In this document: positions 22,945 through 32,311 of the stretch, piece by piece
Layout: each line of letters begins with the position of its first letter
How positions within the stretch are numbered: position 1 is the first letter of the stretch
IMG/VR virus record: IMGVR_UViG_3300037087_000757
DNA length: 64,000 bases
Reading direction: 5' to 3' (one strand)
DNA from: an uncultured virus (IMG/VR IMGVR_UViG_3300037087_000757)
Lineage: Duplodnaviria; Heunggongvirae; Uroviricota; Caudoviricetes
Made by a program: the position numbers and the translations under genes
Notes under the pieces: generated by a model
What the model saw: the letters and a program-made list of their open reading frames with translations, nothing else
What the model was told of the DNA's origin: nothing
The model's database searches: none

Positions 22945-23121
22945 TCAGAATGGTTTATTTTTCGAGATTTTGAATCCTAAGATACCTAAATAAGTTAGAG
23001 CACTTAGTAATATTATTATCCATTTAGGTAATAATAATATAAAAAGAATGAATCCTATTGGTATTGTTAATGACAACAGGAAGCTTTTTAAATTTACTTT
23101 AAACCAATTTTTCATAATCAT
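22945..23121 (-). CDS. 58-aa two-helix membrane protein (not in ORF track); paralog of 23321..23494
   Basis: Translates as MIMKNWFKVNLKSFLLSLTIPIGFILFILLLPKW...KNKPF. Confidence 0.7.
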   Translation of the reverse strand: MIMKNWFKVNLKSFLLSLTIPIGFILFILLLPKWIIILLSALTYLGILGFKISKNKPF

Positions 23122-23126
23122 ATGTT

Positions 23127-23321
23127 TTATTTTTTAATATATCTGTTTAATCCGACATTCCATTTATGGTTACATTGAGGACAGAATCGGAAGAATGGAC
23201 CAAATTTACCAATTGGTGAAGCATTACATTTAGGACATTTTGGAATTAGTTCATCATCGACATCATCTTTTGAATGATAATTTTCTTTAATATATTCAGT
23301 GAATTTTTTTAAATTTTTCAT
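23127..23321 (-). CDS. Zinc-ribbon protein with CTS-like leader
   Basis: MKNLKKFTEYIKE; CPKC...CPQCNHKW. Confidence 0.7.
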   Translation of the reverse strand: MKNLKKFTEYIKENYHSKDDVDDELIPKCPKCNASPIGKFGPFFRFCPQCNHKWNVGLNRYIKK

Positions 23322-23494
23322 TAGAATGTTTTATTTTTTATAATTTTATCACTCAATATACTTATATAAATAAGAATGACTAATACTGAGGTAACAACAT
23401 CAGTGGTTAGAAATATAATTAAAATAAGTCCTATTGGTATTGTTAATGAAATCAAAAAATTTCTTAAATTATCCTTAAACCATTTCTTAATCAT
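23321..23494 (-). CDS. 57-aa two-helix membrane protein (not in ORF track)
   Basis: Translates as MIKKWFKDNLRNFLISLTIPIGLILII...KNKTF. Confidence 0.7.
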   Translation of the reverse strand: MIKKWFKDNLRNFLISLTIPIGLILIIFLTTDVVTSVLVILIYISILSDKIIKNKTF

Positions 23495-23724
23495 TTTTCT
23501 TCTGTCGTTTTTTTCTCAGTCGATTTTTTGTCATCTTTTGTGGCACTATTAACGAGTTTTTCCCATTCACTTTTTCCCATTTTTTTTATCATTTTCTTAA
23601 ATTGTTTGGGATCTGTTTCTTGGATATGAAGAAAGTATCTATAAAGGTTTTTCCAATTAGGTTCTAAGTTAATGATTTCTGATTCATTAATTTTTCCTTC
23701 TTTTAAGTAGTTGGTAAATTTGAT
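23491..23724 (-). pseudogene. 5'-truncated CTS-leader gene
   Basis: Open frame IKFTNYLKEGKINESE...TTEEK* lacking a start codon ahead of the leader-like motif; stop overlaps next ATG (ATGA). Confidence 0.55.
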
Positions 23725-24332
23725 TCATTATCACTATATGACATTAATCCATCCAAATCTTCTATAACTGTTAATATTGGTGTATTTGATTCTATTTTTC
23801 TAAATACTTGTGGAACAAAATTCATATAAGTTTTTAAATCATCATTATTTTTTAAAGAAAAAACAATACCACCTAAATTAACGATAGTATTAGCTAATAA
23901 TGCACAAAGACAAGTTTTACCACATCCCGGTTCACCATATAATAATATTCCACGCTTATAAGCATATTTATATTTTTTGAATAATTTCTCGTTATTCCAA
24001 AAAAACTTCATATCCTCAAGAATCATATTAAATTCATCAATGGGAAGATATAGCAATTCATCCAAATACATTTTTTGTGGATTTAAAAAATAACACTGAC
24101 GATTACCATCATAATCTATTTGATAATTTCCGGGTAATATTTTATCAACTAAAACAACTTTTCCTGTTGGATAATATCCATTTGGTCTTGATATCCATTG
24201 ACATAATGTTTCTTCGTTTTTTTGAGTAGGTCGGTCTGGTTCTTCAGTACATTTAATAGGCTCATCTGATACTAATTGATCTTGTTTAAGACCAACCGTA
24301 TCACCCATTTCCATTTGTTTTTTTCTATTCAT
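23703..24332 (-). pseudogene. C-terminally truncated AAA+ ATPase
   Basis: YKRGILLYGEPGCGKT (Walker A) and VIEDLD (Walker B), then a stop about 15 aa later with no sensor-1 or arginine finger. Confidence 0.7.
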
Positions 24333-25178
24333 AATAAATTTAAATTTAAACTTATTGTTTTTATTTCTTGTGTAGTTCTTTATATTTCTGATCAATATAA
24401 ACCAATTCCCTACGATGACATTCATCCATGATCTTCTGAATGTCCTTTTGAGAAATTACTTCTCCATTCGCGTCCATAATTACATAACCCTGTGATGGAA
24501 CACCCCAGATGGCTTTTACCAGATATTCTAACTCTCCTAAGGTTTGAATTGTATCTAAGGAAATAACAGAAGAAGCATCATAATCAACATATATCGCACC
24601 TCCTACTTGTTCATATTCAACTTCAACTATTTCATTCTTATCCGAGAAGATCCTGACATATAAATTCTGAGATTCATTAATCCTTTTTACATATCTTTTA
24701 TTGGTCTCATAATATGTTTCCAAACTAAACCCATTATCAATCAAAAACTTTTCTACATTTTTATCTTTTACATCATCATTATTAAATATGACAGAATTAG
24801 CATATCTCATCATAAGTTGCATAAATTTCAGCGGTGCAACATGATAAAATATACTATTAGGATCAGTACAGGGAATTTCTTTATATTCTGGTTGAGAATA
24901 TAAAAACTCTTTTACTTTTTCAATTGTATTTTCCATATTATTTATTTTCTGTTTAAGCACTCTGAACAATATAACTTTTCTAATCCAACATAATCATCAT
25001 CCACAATAAATCCTATGATGTTTTCACATCCATTACTACTACATTTTTGACGATGAACCACATTTGGCTTATCACAATCACACTTCGCTCCCCATAACGC
25101 GGATTCATACTCTTTTCCACAATTTAAACAAATATCTTCCATATCTTCCATATCTTCTTCCTTTCTATGCTTTTTTAA

Positions 25179-25645
25179 TCGAGTTATCTTGACTTCTTTC
25201 CGGTGTTTGACCCGTTACCCTATAAATCCCCATTCACATACAAAATCCACCTGAACACGATTCGAAATAAATCTTTCCCTCTCAATCATCCCGATATTCT
25301 CTATTAAATTATGAATCATAAACCTGTCTGAATCGGTCTTATCCCTTTTATCCATCAGTTGTCTTAATTCCCACTTTAACTGTACTAAATAATTTTCCAT
25401 GTATATTACCCTTTCTTTTTAATGTAATACCACCAAGCTATTAATAATATAATGTTCACTGGATTTAACCAATGATACCATCTCCAACCTTTTTCCTTTT
25501 CCTTTTCCTTTTCCTTTTCCTTTTCCTTTTCCTTTTCCTTTTCTTTTACCTCTGGACACATATCATCAATGTCATCAAAATAAATTTTATCTTTGTTCAT
25601 TATATCTCCGCTTTTTAATCGGTTATTCTGACTTTCTTCCGGGTG
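25179..25645 (-). repeat. Two intergenic copies of CCGGA-N3-AAGTCA motif (25179-25205, 25619-25645)
   Basis: Minus strand CACCGGAAAGAAGTCAAGATAACTCGA and CACCCGGAAGAAAGTCAGAATAACCGA. Confidence 0.75.
25491..25543. repeat. Hexanucleotide microsatellite (TTTTCC)x8.8 encoding (KE)n
   Basis: Direct reading of sequence. Confidence 0.95.
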
Positions 25646-25867
25646 CTGACAACACTACCCCTCTGACCTGTCCATTATCTTGTCATCTTCAATATCAAAA
25701 TAAAAATCCACACTCTCACTCCATTCATCATATACAGTAACCCTATTGTAACTGTTCTCCAACTCAACATCATACTTTATCTTCAATTGAGTCAATGTGT
25801 CTTTCATTAATTGTAAATCCGTCATATAAAATTACTTCACATTCCTTTTTTAATATATACATTCATT

Positions 25868-26353
25868 ATGATAAAAAGTTTTAGAATCTTCGAATCAAAT
25901 AAAGGTCTTGAATCCTTTACTGTCTATCATGGTTCAAATGAAGAACATGATTTTTCAGAAACAGGTAAACATTATCAACTTGGTGGAACTTTCTTTTCAG
26001 AAGATAAAAATGAAGCTAAATCACATGGTAAATTCCTCTATGAAATCCAGCTTAAACCTACTATTGACTTATTTAGTACTATCAATCTATCTGATTGTGA
26101 AAAACTAATAAAACATTGCGAAATCTTATATGATGATTATTTTGATGAAGATGTCGATCCAGATAACTATTTTATAAAAACACCAGAACAACTATCCAAC
26201 CATACCGATAACTGGAACGCTATCGAAAAAACTCCCGGTGTACTGGATTGGTTACATCATTATGACGGTGCTATAATTACTGAAGGTGGTTGTTTAAACA
26301 TTCTTATATTCGACCCCGTAATGGAAAAAATACAATCATATAAACTATTATAA
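25868..26353 (+). CDS. His-type ADP-ribosyltransferase-like (ART-PolyVal-like) protein with CTS-like leader
   Basis: MIKSFRIFES; VYHGS...GTFFSEDKNEA..HG...LYEIQL...YDGAII; TAATATATA at 25851. Confidence 0.7.
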   Translation: MIKSFRIFESNKGLESFTVYHGSNEEHDFSETGKHYQLGGTFFSEDKNEAKSHGKFLYEIQLKPTIDLFSTINLSDCEKLIKHCEILYDDYFDEDVDPDNYFIKTPEQLSNHTDNWNAIEKTPGVLDWLHHYDGAIITEGGCLNILIFDPVMEKIQSYKLL

Positions 26354-26418
26354 GTATAAAATAATCTTCTATTTCTGATAATCCATAAAAATGTGGATTA
26401 ATAGAAATCAATCATTTA

Positions 26419-27867
26419 TTAGATTTTTAATCCATTTACTGAATTCAATTCCGTCACTATTTCCTTTACCCTGCGTAAATACCTCAATCGTTCAATAGTG
26501 GTGAATACTTCGATTAACCTCAATTTGAAATCATTAAAGTTATCATATCCGAATTCCACAGCCATCTGCGTGTTAAACTCCTTCTTCTTATCCCAATCAT
26601 ACCTCTTTATGGTGAAATTCGTTTTCAAATTTAACTTCTTTGTGAAATATTGTACATATAAAGTAGATGTCGGTAAATAATCATTTACATGCTTCCTGAC
26701 ATTACTATTCCCTTCTTCCATTCCCTTTACTAACTTATATACATCATTTATCCTTTTTACCAATTCTTGTTTCTTACCATCCAATATCGTTGTATGTTCT
26801 ACAACATTAAAATCCTTAAATAATTCCTTTAACTCACCCATATGTTTATCTACCATTTTTACCATATCATCATATTTCCCCATAACTTCTTTTAAGGATT
26901 CTACATTATACTCGTAATAACTACGGATCTTCTCACTGATATCAATATCCTGAACTAATTCCTTAATCCCCTTATCTAAAGTGATATACCTATCATATTT
27001 GTTTACATCCTCATCGAAAAATGTCTTTACATCTATCTCACCCTGCTTATTGTACATCTTTACTATTCGACACACATATTCCCCCTTATCCATTATAACT
27101 TCATTTTCATCTCCATGTTTAAAGAATCCTATCTCCCCCTCCAATAAATCAAAATCTATTACTATATCCTTCGGTTTGGCCATAATAGATATAATTACTC
27201 CCAATTCTCCATCTATATACCTATCATTCCTCGATAACCAGTTTAAAGTCGCGGTAAATGTACTGGTTTGTTCACTGAAACGTGCAAAACCCTCAGCTAT
27301 CTTCTTACTATGAGTCCATGAAGATACTTTGTCAAATTCCATATTCAAAATATCCGTTCCTTGCTTTATACAATTAAGAAACTTCTGTCCATACGCCATC
27401 TCCCCTTTGTAAGTTTTCTCCAAGTGATACTTGTTGAATAATAAACCACGATATAAGACAATAGGATTCTTGGGTCTAAGTGACGATATTCGCTTTACTT
27501 CCTCAACGGTTTCTCTACTCAAACTTCTGTGTTTATAAGAATTGACGAAATTTAATACTGTTCTATTCACCTGTTTGTTAAACTCACTAATTAACTTCTT
27601 TATATCATCTATTATCCACTGTTTTTCAATATAATCCTGTAACTTCTTACTTCTTAGGTTCTTAAAATCATAGCTATCCTTGAAAAAATCCATTACTTGT
27701 TGATTGTTGAAAAAATAATATTTTAAGGTATCCACGAAATTTTTATTCAAAGTAGGATTTTCTATCTTACTGAATAATGGTTTCAATACATCTTGCTTCT
27801 TCATATTCTTTATCACATCCTCTTTGGGAAGATTTGAAGCTTCAAATAAAGTAAATCTGGTTATCAT
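26419..27867 (-). CDS. R-S-E type ADP-ribosyltransferase-like protein with CTS-like leader and helical C-terminus
   Basis: MITRFTLFEA; VLYRGL...VSSWTHSKKIAEGFA...DENEVIM; TAATATATA at 27874-27882 (minus). Confidence 0.75.
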   Translation of the reverse strand: MITRFTLFEASNLPKEDVIKNMKKQDVLKPLFSKIENPTLNKNFVDTLKYYFFNNQQVMDFFKDSYDFKNLRSKKLQDYIEKQWIIDDIKKLISEFNKQVNRTVLNFVNSYKHRSLSRETVEEVKRISSLRPKNPIVLYRGLLFNKYHLEKTYKGEMAYGQKFLNCIKQGTDILNMEFDKVSSWTHSKKIAEGFARFSEQTSTFTATLNWLSRNDRYIDGELGVIISIMAKPKDIVIDFDLLEGEIGFFKHGDENEVIMDKGEYVCRIVKMYNKQGEIDVKTFFDEDVNKYDRYITLDKGIKELVQDIDISEKIRSYYEYNVESLKEVMGKYDDMVKMVDKHMGELKELFKDFNVVEHTTILDGKKQELVKRINDVYKLVKGMEEGNSNVRKHVNDYLPTSTLYVQYFTKKLNLKTNFTIKRYDWDKKKEFNTQMAVEFGYDNFNDFKLRLIEVFTTIERLRYLRRVKEIVTELNSVNGLKI

Positions 27868-27932
27868 GATGATTATATATTAAAATTTGTTATAAAAAAT
27901 TAATATATAGAAGAAAAACAATTTCTCTCGTT

Positions 27933-28289
27933 ATGAAAAATTTAAAACCATATTCTAAATTTGAATATATCACCGAAGAAACAACAACAAAACCAAAAAA
28001 GTTGACAATAAAAATAGAACAACCTCTTACTACCGATGCTCAAAAAGATGTTCTTGATTTAGTCCAAGAAAGAGTGGACGCTTTTAATAAGGGTAAATTC
28101 ACTGGTGATGTGGAAAAATATTTCGAACACGATTGGAGAGAATTCGTTATTTTTCCTTTACATACTTCAAGTGGATATCTTGATAAGAATAAAATTGGAT
28201 ATGGTAAAGGGGGACACCACGTATGGGTAGTTTCCACAGTAGATCAAAAGAGATTCTTATTCATTTACGAAGATCCAAGATTCGATTAA
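27933..28289 (+). CDS. CTS-leader protein (MKNLKPYSKFEYITE)
   Basis: Leader; TAATATATA at 27901. Confidence 0.6.
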   Translation: MKNLKPYSKFEYITEETTTKPKKLTIKIEQPLTTDAQKDVLDLVQERVDAFNKGKFTGDVEKYFEHDWREFVIFPLHTSSGYLDKNKIGYGKGGHHVWVVSTVDQKRFLFIYEDPRFD

Positions 28290-28339
28290 TATACATATAT
28301 CATATAACTCATTATAAATCAATAACATATAATCAATAA

Positions 28340-28600
28340 TTTCCTGCAGAAAAAATAGCTTGCCGCGCTGCCCAAAAAAATTTTGAGCGCTAAAAAAAGG
28401 TAGGTTCCGCGGCGCCCCAAAAAAAATTTAGCTATAAAAAAGTGGGGAAAATTTCTGCCCCAAAAAAATTTTCCTCAGAAAAAATTCCTGCCGCGCCTGC
28501 AAAAATTTCTCGGTCATGGGCTATGAGCCGCGCCACCCCCTATGGGGGCTGCGCAGCGGCAGCGGCGCTGGATCATGAGCCCGGACCGGAGGGTCATGGT
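28340..28600. other. GC-rich non-coding island: about 43-bp degenerate A-tract repeats plus branched hairpin; candidate origin or packaging/terminus site
   Basis: GC blocks alternating with A5-A8 tracts; inverted repeat 28509-28591; located at the skew and gene-orientation switch. Confidence 0.6.
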
Positions 28601-28679
28601 TAGTCGAATTTAGATCCCTTGAGGATTGGATATAAAGCTCTTGACCATTTGGAAATACGAAATGAAAATTTAATATATA

Positions 28680-30017
28680 ATGCCTATGTATTATTCAACT
28701 CCAGTAATGAATGCTATAGAGAATACGCCGGGGGCTCGTGTCCTTGACGGTGGGAGAATAGAGTTACAGGTATCGAGATATCAGAAGCCAGAACAGGGTG
28801 GGAGTCCTTCAGTTCGTACAGGTGTATTCTATTTACCTGAACTTAAATCCCCGTATGGTAAACATTATAAATCTTCTTATGACAATCCTAACTCCGCTTA
28901 TGGTGGTAGTCAATATATAACTGGTACGATTGTATTGAAGAAACCATATACATTACAAGCAGGTACAGGTGGGTTAGGTCCACAGAAAGCCTTTATAGAG
29001 TTATATGGTAAAGATATGTATAAGGAACTTGAATCAGATATATTCGAGATGGTAGTAAATAGAATGCCTTGGGGTAAGAAGGTGAACCATATGGTAATGG
29101 AAGAGTGGATACAAGAGTTCATGGAGAAGTGGGAAGGTGATCCAGATTTGGCGTATGCTATAGCTGAACATAGTAACGAGGGTAATCGTATGAGATACGC
29201 GTTACAAGAACATATCATAGCACATAAGATCAGAGATAAAGGATTTGATAGTGTACTATCTTATAGTAAACATAAGGGAGAGTTCCACCTGTCAGAAGTG
29301 TTTGACCTAAGACAGATGGAGTATCCATACGAGAGTGGATTCCTAATAGAACAACACCATAACAAATTATATAACAATATCATAACAACATTCAATAGCT
29401 TTATATCTTATATGAATGAATCATATATAAAGCCGAGTGGAGGACTTATATATTTGACACAGGATATAACTTATGCGAATGCATATGCTATGGGTATGAA
29501 GAGTACAGCACATAAAGGGGTAGAACATATAAGGGATGGGGTTATATTTGTTATATGGTTAGACGAGAACATAGCTCATTGGGGAGGGGATATATGGGAG
29601 AACTGTTACAGGGCGGAAGTCGTAGAGGATTTAAAAGAATATAAGCGATCTGGTAGGTTATCTACTTTACTATCTATTATGTTTGAATCAGCGGGAATAG
29701 GATCGGATATAAATCAGTCGAATATAAAGTACTTGAATAATATGATAAAAGATCCTATTATATTACTTCAATGTATATCACCTAATGATTGGTCGGGTAT
29801 ACAAGATGGGGGGATGGGATATAGTGAAGTATGTGTAAAGAGTGTAGAGTGGAATCAGATTATAGAGATTCGTGTATATAAGGACTATGAATTGGTGGAT
29901 ACTATACAAGGTGGTATGGTGGATATAGATTTGATGGAAATTGAACCAGAGGATTACATGAATATATTTTATCATGGATCACCTTTACATTTATGGCAGT
30001 CTAAGTTATTACGATAG
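28680..30017 (+). CDS. Two-domain ART-like protein with internal CTS-like motif; second domain apparently circularly permuted
   Basis: Domain 1 GVFYL...YG...KGFDSV; linker NIITTFNSFISYMNE; domain 2 YIKP..LIYLTQDITYANAYA...SEVCV with C-terminal IFYHGS; TAATATATA at 28671. Confidence 0.6.
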   Translation: MPMYYSTPVMNAIENTPGARVLDGGRIELQVSRYQKPEQGGSPSVRTGVFYLPELKSPYGKHYKSSYDNPNSAYGGSQYITGTIVLKKPYTLQAGTGGLGPQKAFIELYGKDMYKELESDIFEMVVNRMPWGKKVNHMVMEEWIQEFMEKWEGDPDLAYAIAEHSNEGNRMRYALQEHIIAHKIRDKGFDSVLSYSKHKGEFHLSEVFDLRQMEYPYESGFLIEQHHNKLYNNIITTFNSFISYMNESYIKPSGGLIYLTQDITYANAYAMGMKSTAHKGVEHIRDGVIFVIWLDENIAHWGGDIWENCYRAEVVEDLKEYKRSGRLSTLLSIMFESAGIGSDINQSNIKYLNNMIKDPIILLQCISPNDWSGIQDGGMGYSEVCVKSVEWNQIIEIRVYKDYELVDTIQGGMVDIDLMEIEPEDYMNIFYHGSPLHLWQSKLLR

Positions 30018-30456
30018 GAGTGTTTATTCTCATCTTCACTTTAATTATATAACCATCTGCAATATAATCATTCCAGAGTTCATACCATTCATAATCACTA
30101 TTAATGATAGTTAGGTTTAGTTCTTTAGCTATTTGAGTCATTCTTTCGGACAGGAACATTTGTAATACCTTTTCTTTACTTCTACCTTTATATTGTCGTT
30201 GGTGATAGATCGCTTGCCAACATTCCTTGACCCAACCTTCCCAATATATTAAATGGTTATTACCTATATTTTGTACAAAGGTTTGCCATTCATATCCATC
30301 TCCAGTGTTGTCTAATATTTCATAGGGTTCAGGTCTCCAATCGTTATGATCTGGATCTGTTTTAAGATGATCAAGGTATTCTTGAATGATAGCGATGCGT
30401 TGTTCATCAGCTATATTGATTTCCGTGTAATCTTCAAATAATGTAAACATATGCAT
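30001..30456 (-). CDS. CTS-leader protein (MHMFTLFED)
   Basis: Leader; (TA)n run with TAATATATA directly upstream. Confidence 0.6.
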   Translation of the reverse strand: MHMFTLFEDYTEINIADEQRIAIIQEYLDHLKTDPDHNDWRPEPYEILDNTGDGYEWQTFVQNIGNNHLIYWEGWVKECWQAIYHQRQYKGRSKEKVLQMFLSERMTQIAKELNLTIINSDYEWYELWNDYIADGYIIKVKMRINTPIVIT

Positions 30457-30496
30457 ATATATATATATTAAACTTTTGTTGTATTATTTCATATAA

Positions 30497-30642
30497 GGAG
30501 CTGCTAATGGTGATGTTTTAGGCTTAAAGAGGTGAACAATCTATTAGCTGGTATCCTCGATGAATGGGGCACCCCAGAACTTAAAGTGATTTTTAACAAA
30601 TATATAGATTGTTTTTATCACTCATAGTTCTGGGGGTTTTTT
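30497..30642 (+). ncRNA. Candidate structured non-coding RNA
   Basis: Class II promoter at 30470-30496 immediately upstream; stem GCTAATGG/CTATTAGC, long stem CCCCAGAACT/AGTTCTGGGG with inner AGTGAT/ATCACT, then a T-tract; no ORF in the track. Confidence 0.5.
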
Positions 30643-30773
30643 ATAATAATAAAACAAACAGAAAAATAACTTATATAACGTCATTGAAAAACATTCGATA
30701 TAAAACATCTGATTGTTTTAAACGAGAGGATGTATCAAAATGAATTTAAAGTGTCTTAAAACGATTAAAAGCT

Positions 30774-32166
30774 ATGGATTTTAATAAAATAATGGAGAAC
30801 ATGAACTTATCTAAGATGATGCCTCCACAAAGGGAGATAGAAAATTACCTTATATTGGTTAAGGATAATTGGTCAGAGTTCAATAAAGAGGCCAGTGAAC
30901 TTATCAAGGTGGGTTATGAACCTATCGGAATGTTGGTGATTAATAATGGTTATTATGTAAAGGAATTTATAAAATATAAAGCATTATGAAAGAATGGATT
31001 GTATTATTAGTTACTTGTGTAATAGTTGCTTTTCTTATGAAAGTATTATTTCCAGCTTTACCTTTATTGGTGTTTATAATTACTGGCCTTATAATTGGAT
31101 TTTTTTGGAATAGTTTATGGACCGCAATATTTAAAAGAAATAGATAAAATGGAAATAAAGGATAAGTTGATAATATATTGATATCCTTTCTCAACAAAGA
31201 AAAGAGTTATTAAGTCAAAAAAAAGGATTGGGATTTTTTCAAAGGATCTCTTTCCCTAAATATACTGATTGGGTAATGACTGATGAAGTTAATCACTATA
31301 CTCAACAAGAAGTCATTATGAGCCACTATGATCCATTTTTCCGTGAACCAATTGGAGATATAAAGAACATAACTAAACAAGTTTCATTGAGAATGAAACT
31401 GAAGGATGGAAAAATCGAAATACACGAAATTGAATTATAAATAATATAAACAAACAAAATAAAACAAATTTAAAACTATGAAAAAACTTTATGCAATTTT
31501 TATGATGATTATGATAGTATTCGTAATCGGATTTACAACAACAAGTTGTAAAAAAACTGATACTGGATGTAGTGGTATGGGAACACTATCTCTATCAAAT
31601 CAATCAAATAGTACTACTCAACAAATTATGATTGATGGTGCAAGTTATGGTAAACTTTATCCCGGCCAATCAAAGGACATCTCATTGGCAGCTGGAACTC
31701 ATACTTGGCAATTAGTTGGACTTTCTGGTGGTAATGGTTGTACACAAGCTTCTGTAATTATCGTTGAATGCCAATCAACAGGATTCTATTGTGATGGAAA
31801 GAAACAGGGAAGTAAATAACTATTATAATGGAAGATCAGAAAGATAATACTACTAAACAGTATGTTGTCCTCGAACATCTTACAGGTGTAGATAAAGGAT
31901 ATAGATTCTATACAAATAATTCTGGAGAAATGGATCATACCATTTCCCACGATGAACATGGTATGGAAATCGTAGCATATAAAGTAGTTGGATATGTTGA
32001 TACCGATCAACAAGCTCAAGATCTGATTCATGAAGCTCACTCCTTTGAGGAAGGACTGCTTCACCACATTTCCCAATATCCACCTGAACTCTTAGCTATG
32101 ATGATGAAGGATACTTTTTATGATGATGATGAAAATCCTAATGAAAATGAGAATCCAGTAAAATAA
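30774..32166 (+). other. Small genes: 30774..30989, 53-aa membrane protein 30986..31147, frameshifted gene 31149..31440, lipoprotein 31478..31819, 31828..32166
   Basis: ORF track and manual translation; class II promoter 30652-30678. Confidence 0.65.
31478..31819 (+). CDS. Lipoprotein with small beta-sandwich (PEGA-like) domain
   Basis: Signal ending TTSC-KK; GTLSLSN...IMIDG..YG.L.PG..K.ISL.AGTH. Confidence 0.7.
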   Translation: MKKLYAIFMMIMIVFVIGFTTTSCKKTDTGCSGMGTLSLSNQSNSTTQQIMIDGASYGKLYPGQSKDISLAAGTHTWQLVGLSGGNGCTQASVIIVECQSTGFYCDGKKQGSK

Positions 32167-32176
32167 ATTGTGTGAT

Positions 32177-32311
32177 ATGTTATTCCTTATTCTTATAATA
32201 CTCTTTTTCTTTATATTTCTTGATGATTAATAATATATTATGCTGATAATATTCATATTATTCCTGATGATATTTTCTGGTCTTTTTGTTTTTACATTTC
32301 TTGATGACTAA
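32177..32311 (+). CDS. Two tandem hydrophobic micropeptides ending FLDD (32177..32230, 32240..32311)
   Basis: MLFLILIILFFFIFLDD* and MLIIFILFLMIFSGLFVFTFLDD*. Confidence 0.5.

Larger units (their letters stand above)
24361..25825 (-). other. Small hypothetical genes including a Cys-rich protein (24942..25151), a (KE)n membrane protein (25406..25600) and a 56-aa ORF 25655..25825
   Basis: ORF track plus manual translation. Confidence 0.7.

Noticed and set aside
24942..25400. Possible stop readthrough: 25215..25400 and 24942..25151 are in frame across an open 63-nt spacer
   Set aside because: The spacer is occupied by the CCGGA-N3-AAGTCA DNA motif that also occurs at three other sites; TAA is the dominant true stop
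28340..28510. CRISPR array or exactly helically phased A-tracts
   Set aside because: Units are too degenerate with no unique spacers; A-tract spacings (about 11-28 bp) are not clean multiples of 10.5
30497..30642. tRNA or tmRNA
   Set aside because: No T-loop GTTCRA, no cloverleaf or CCA end
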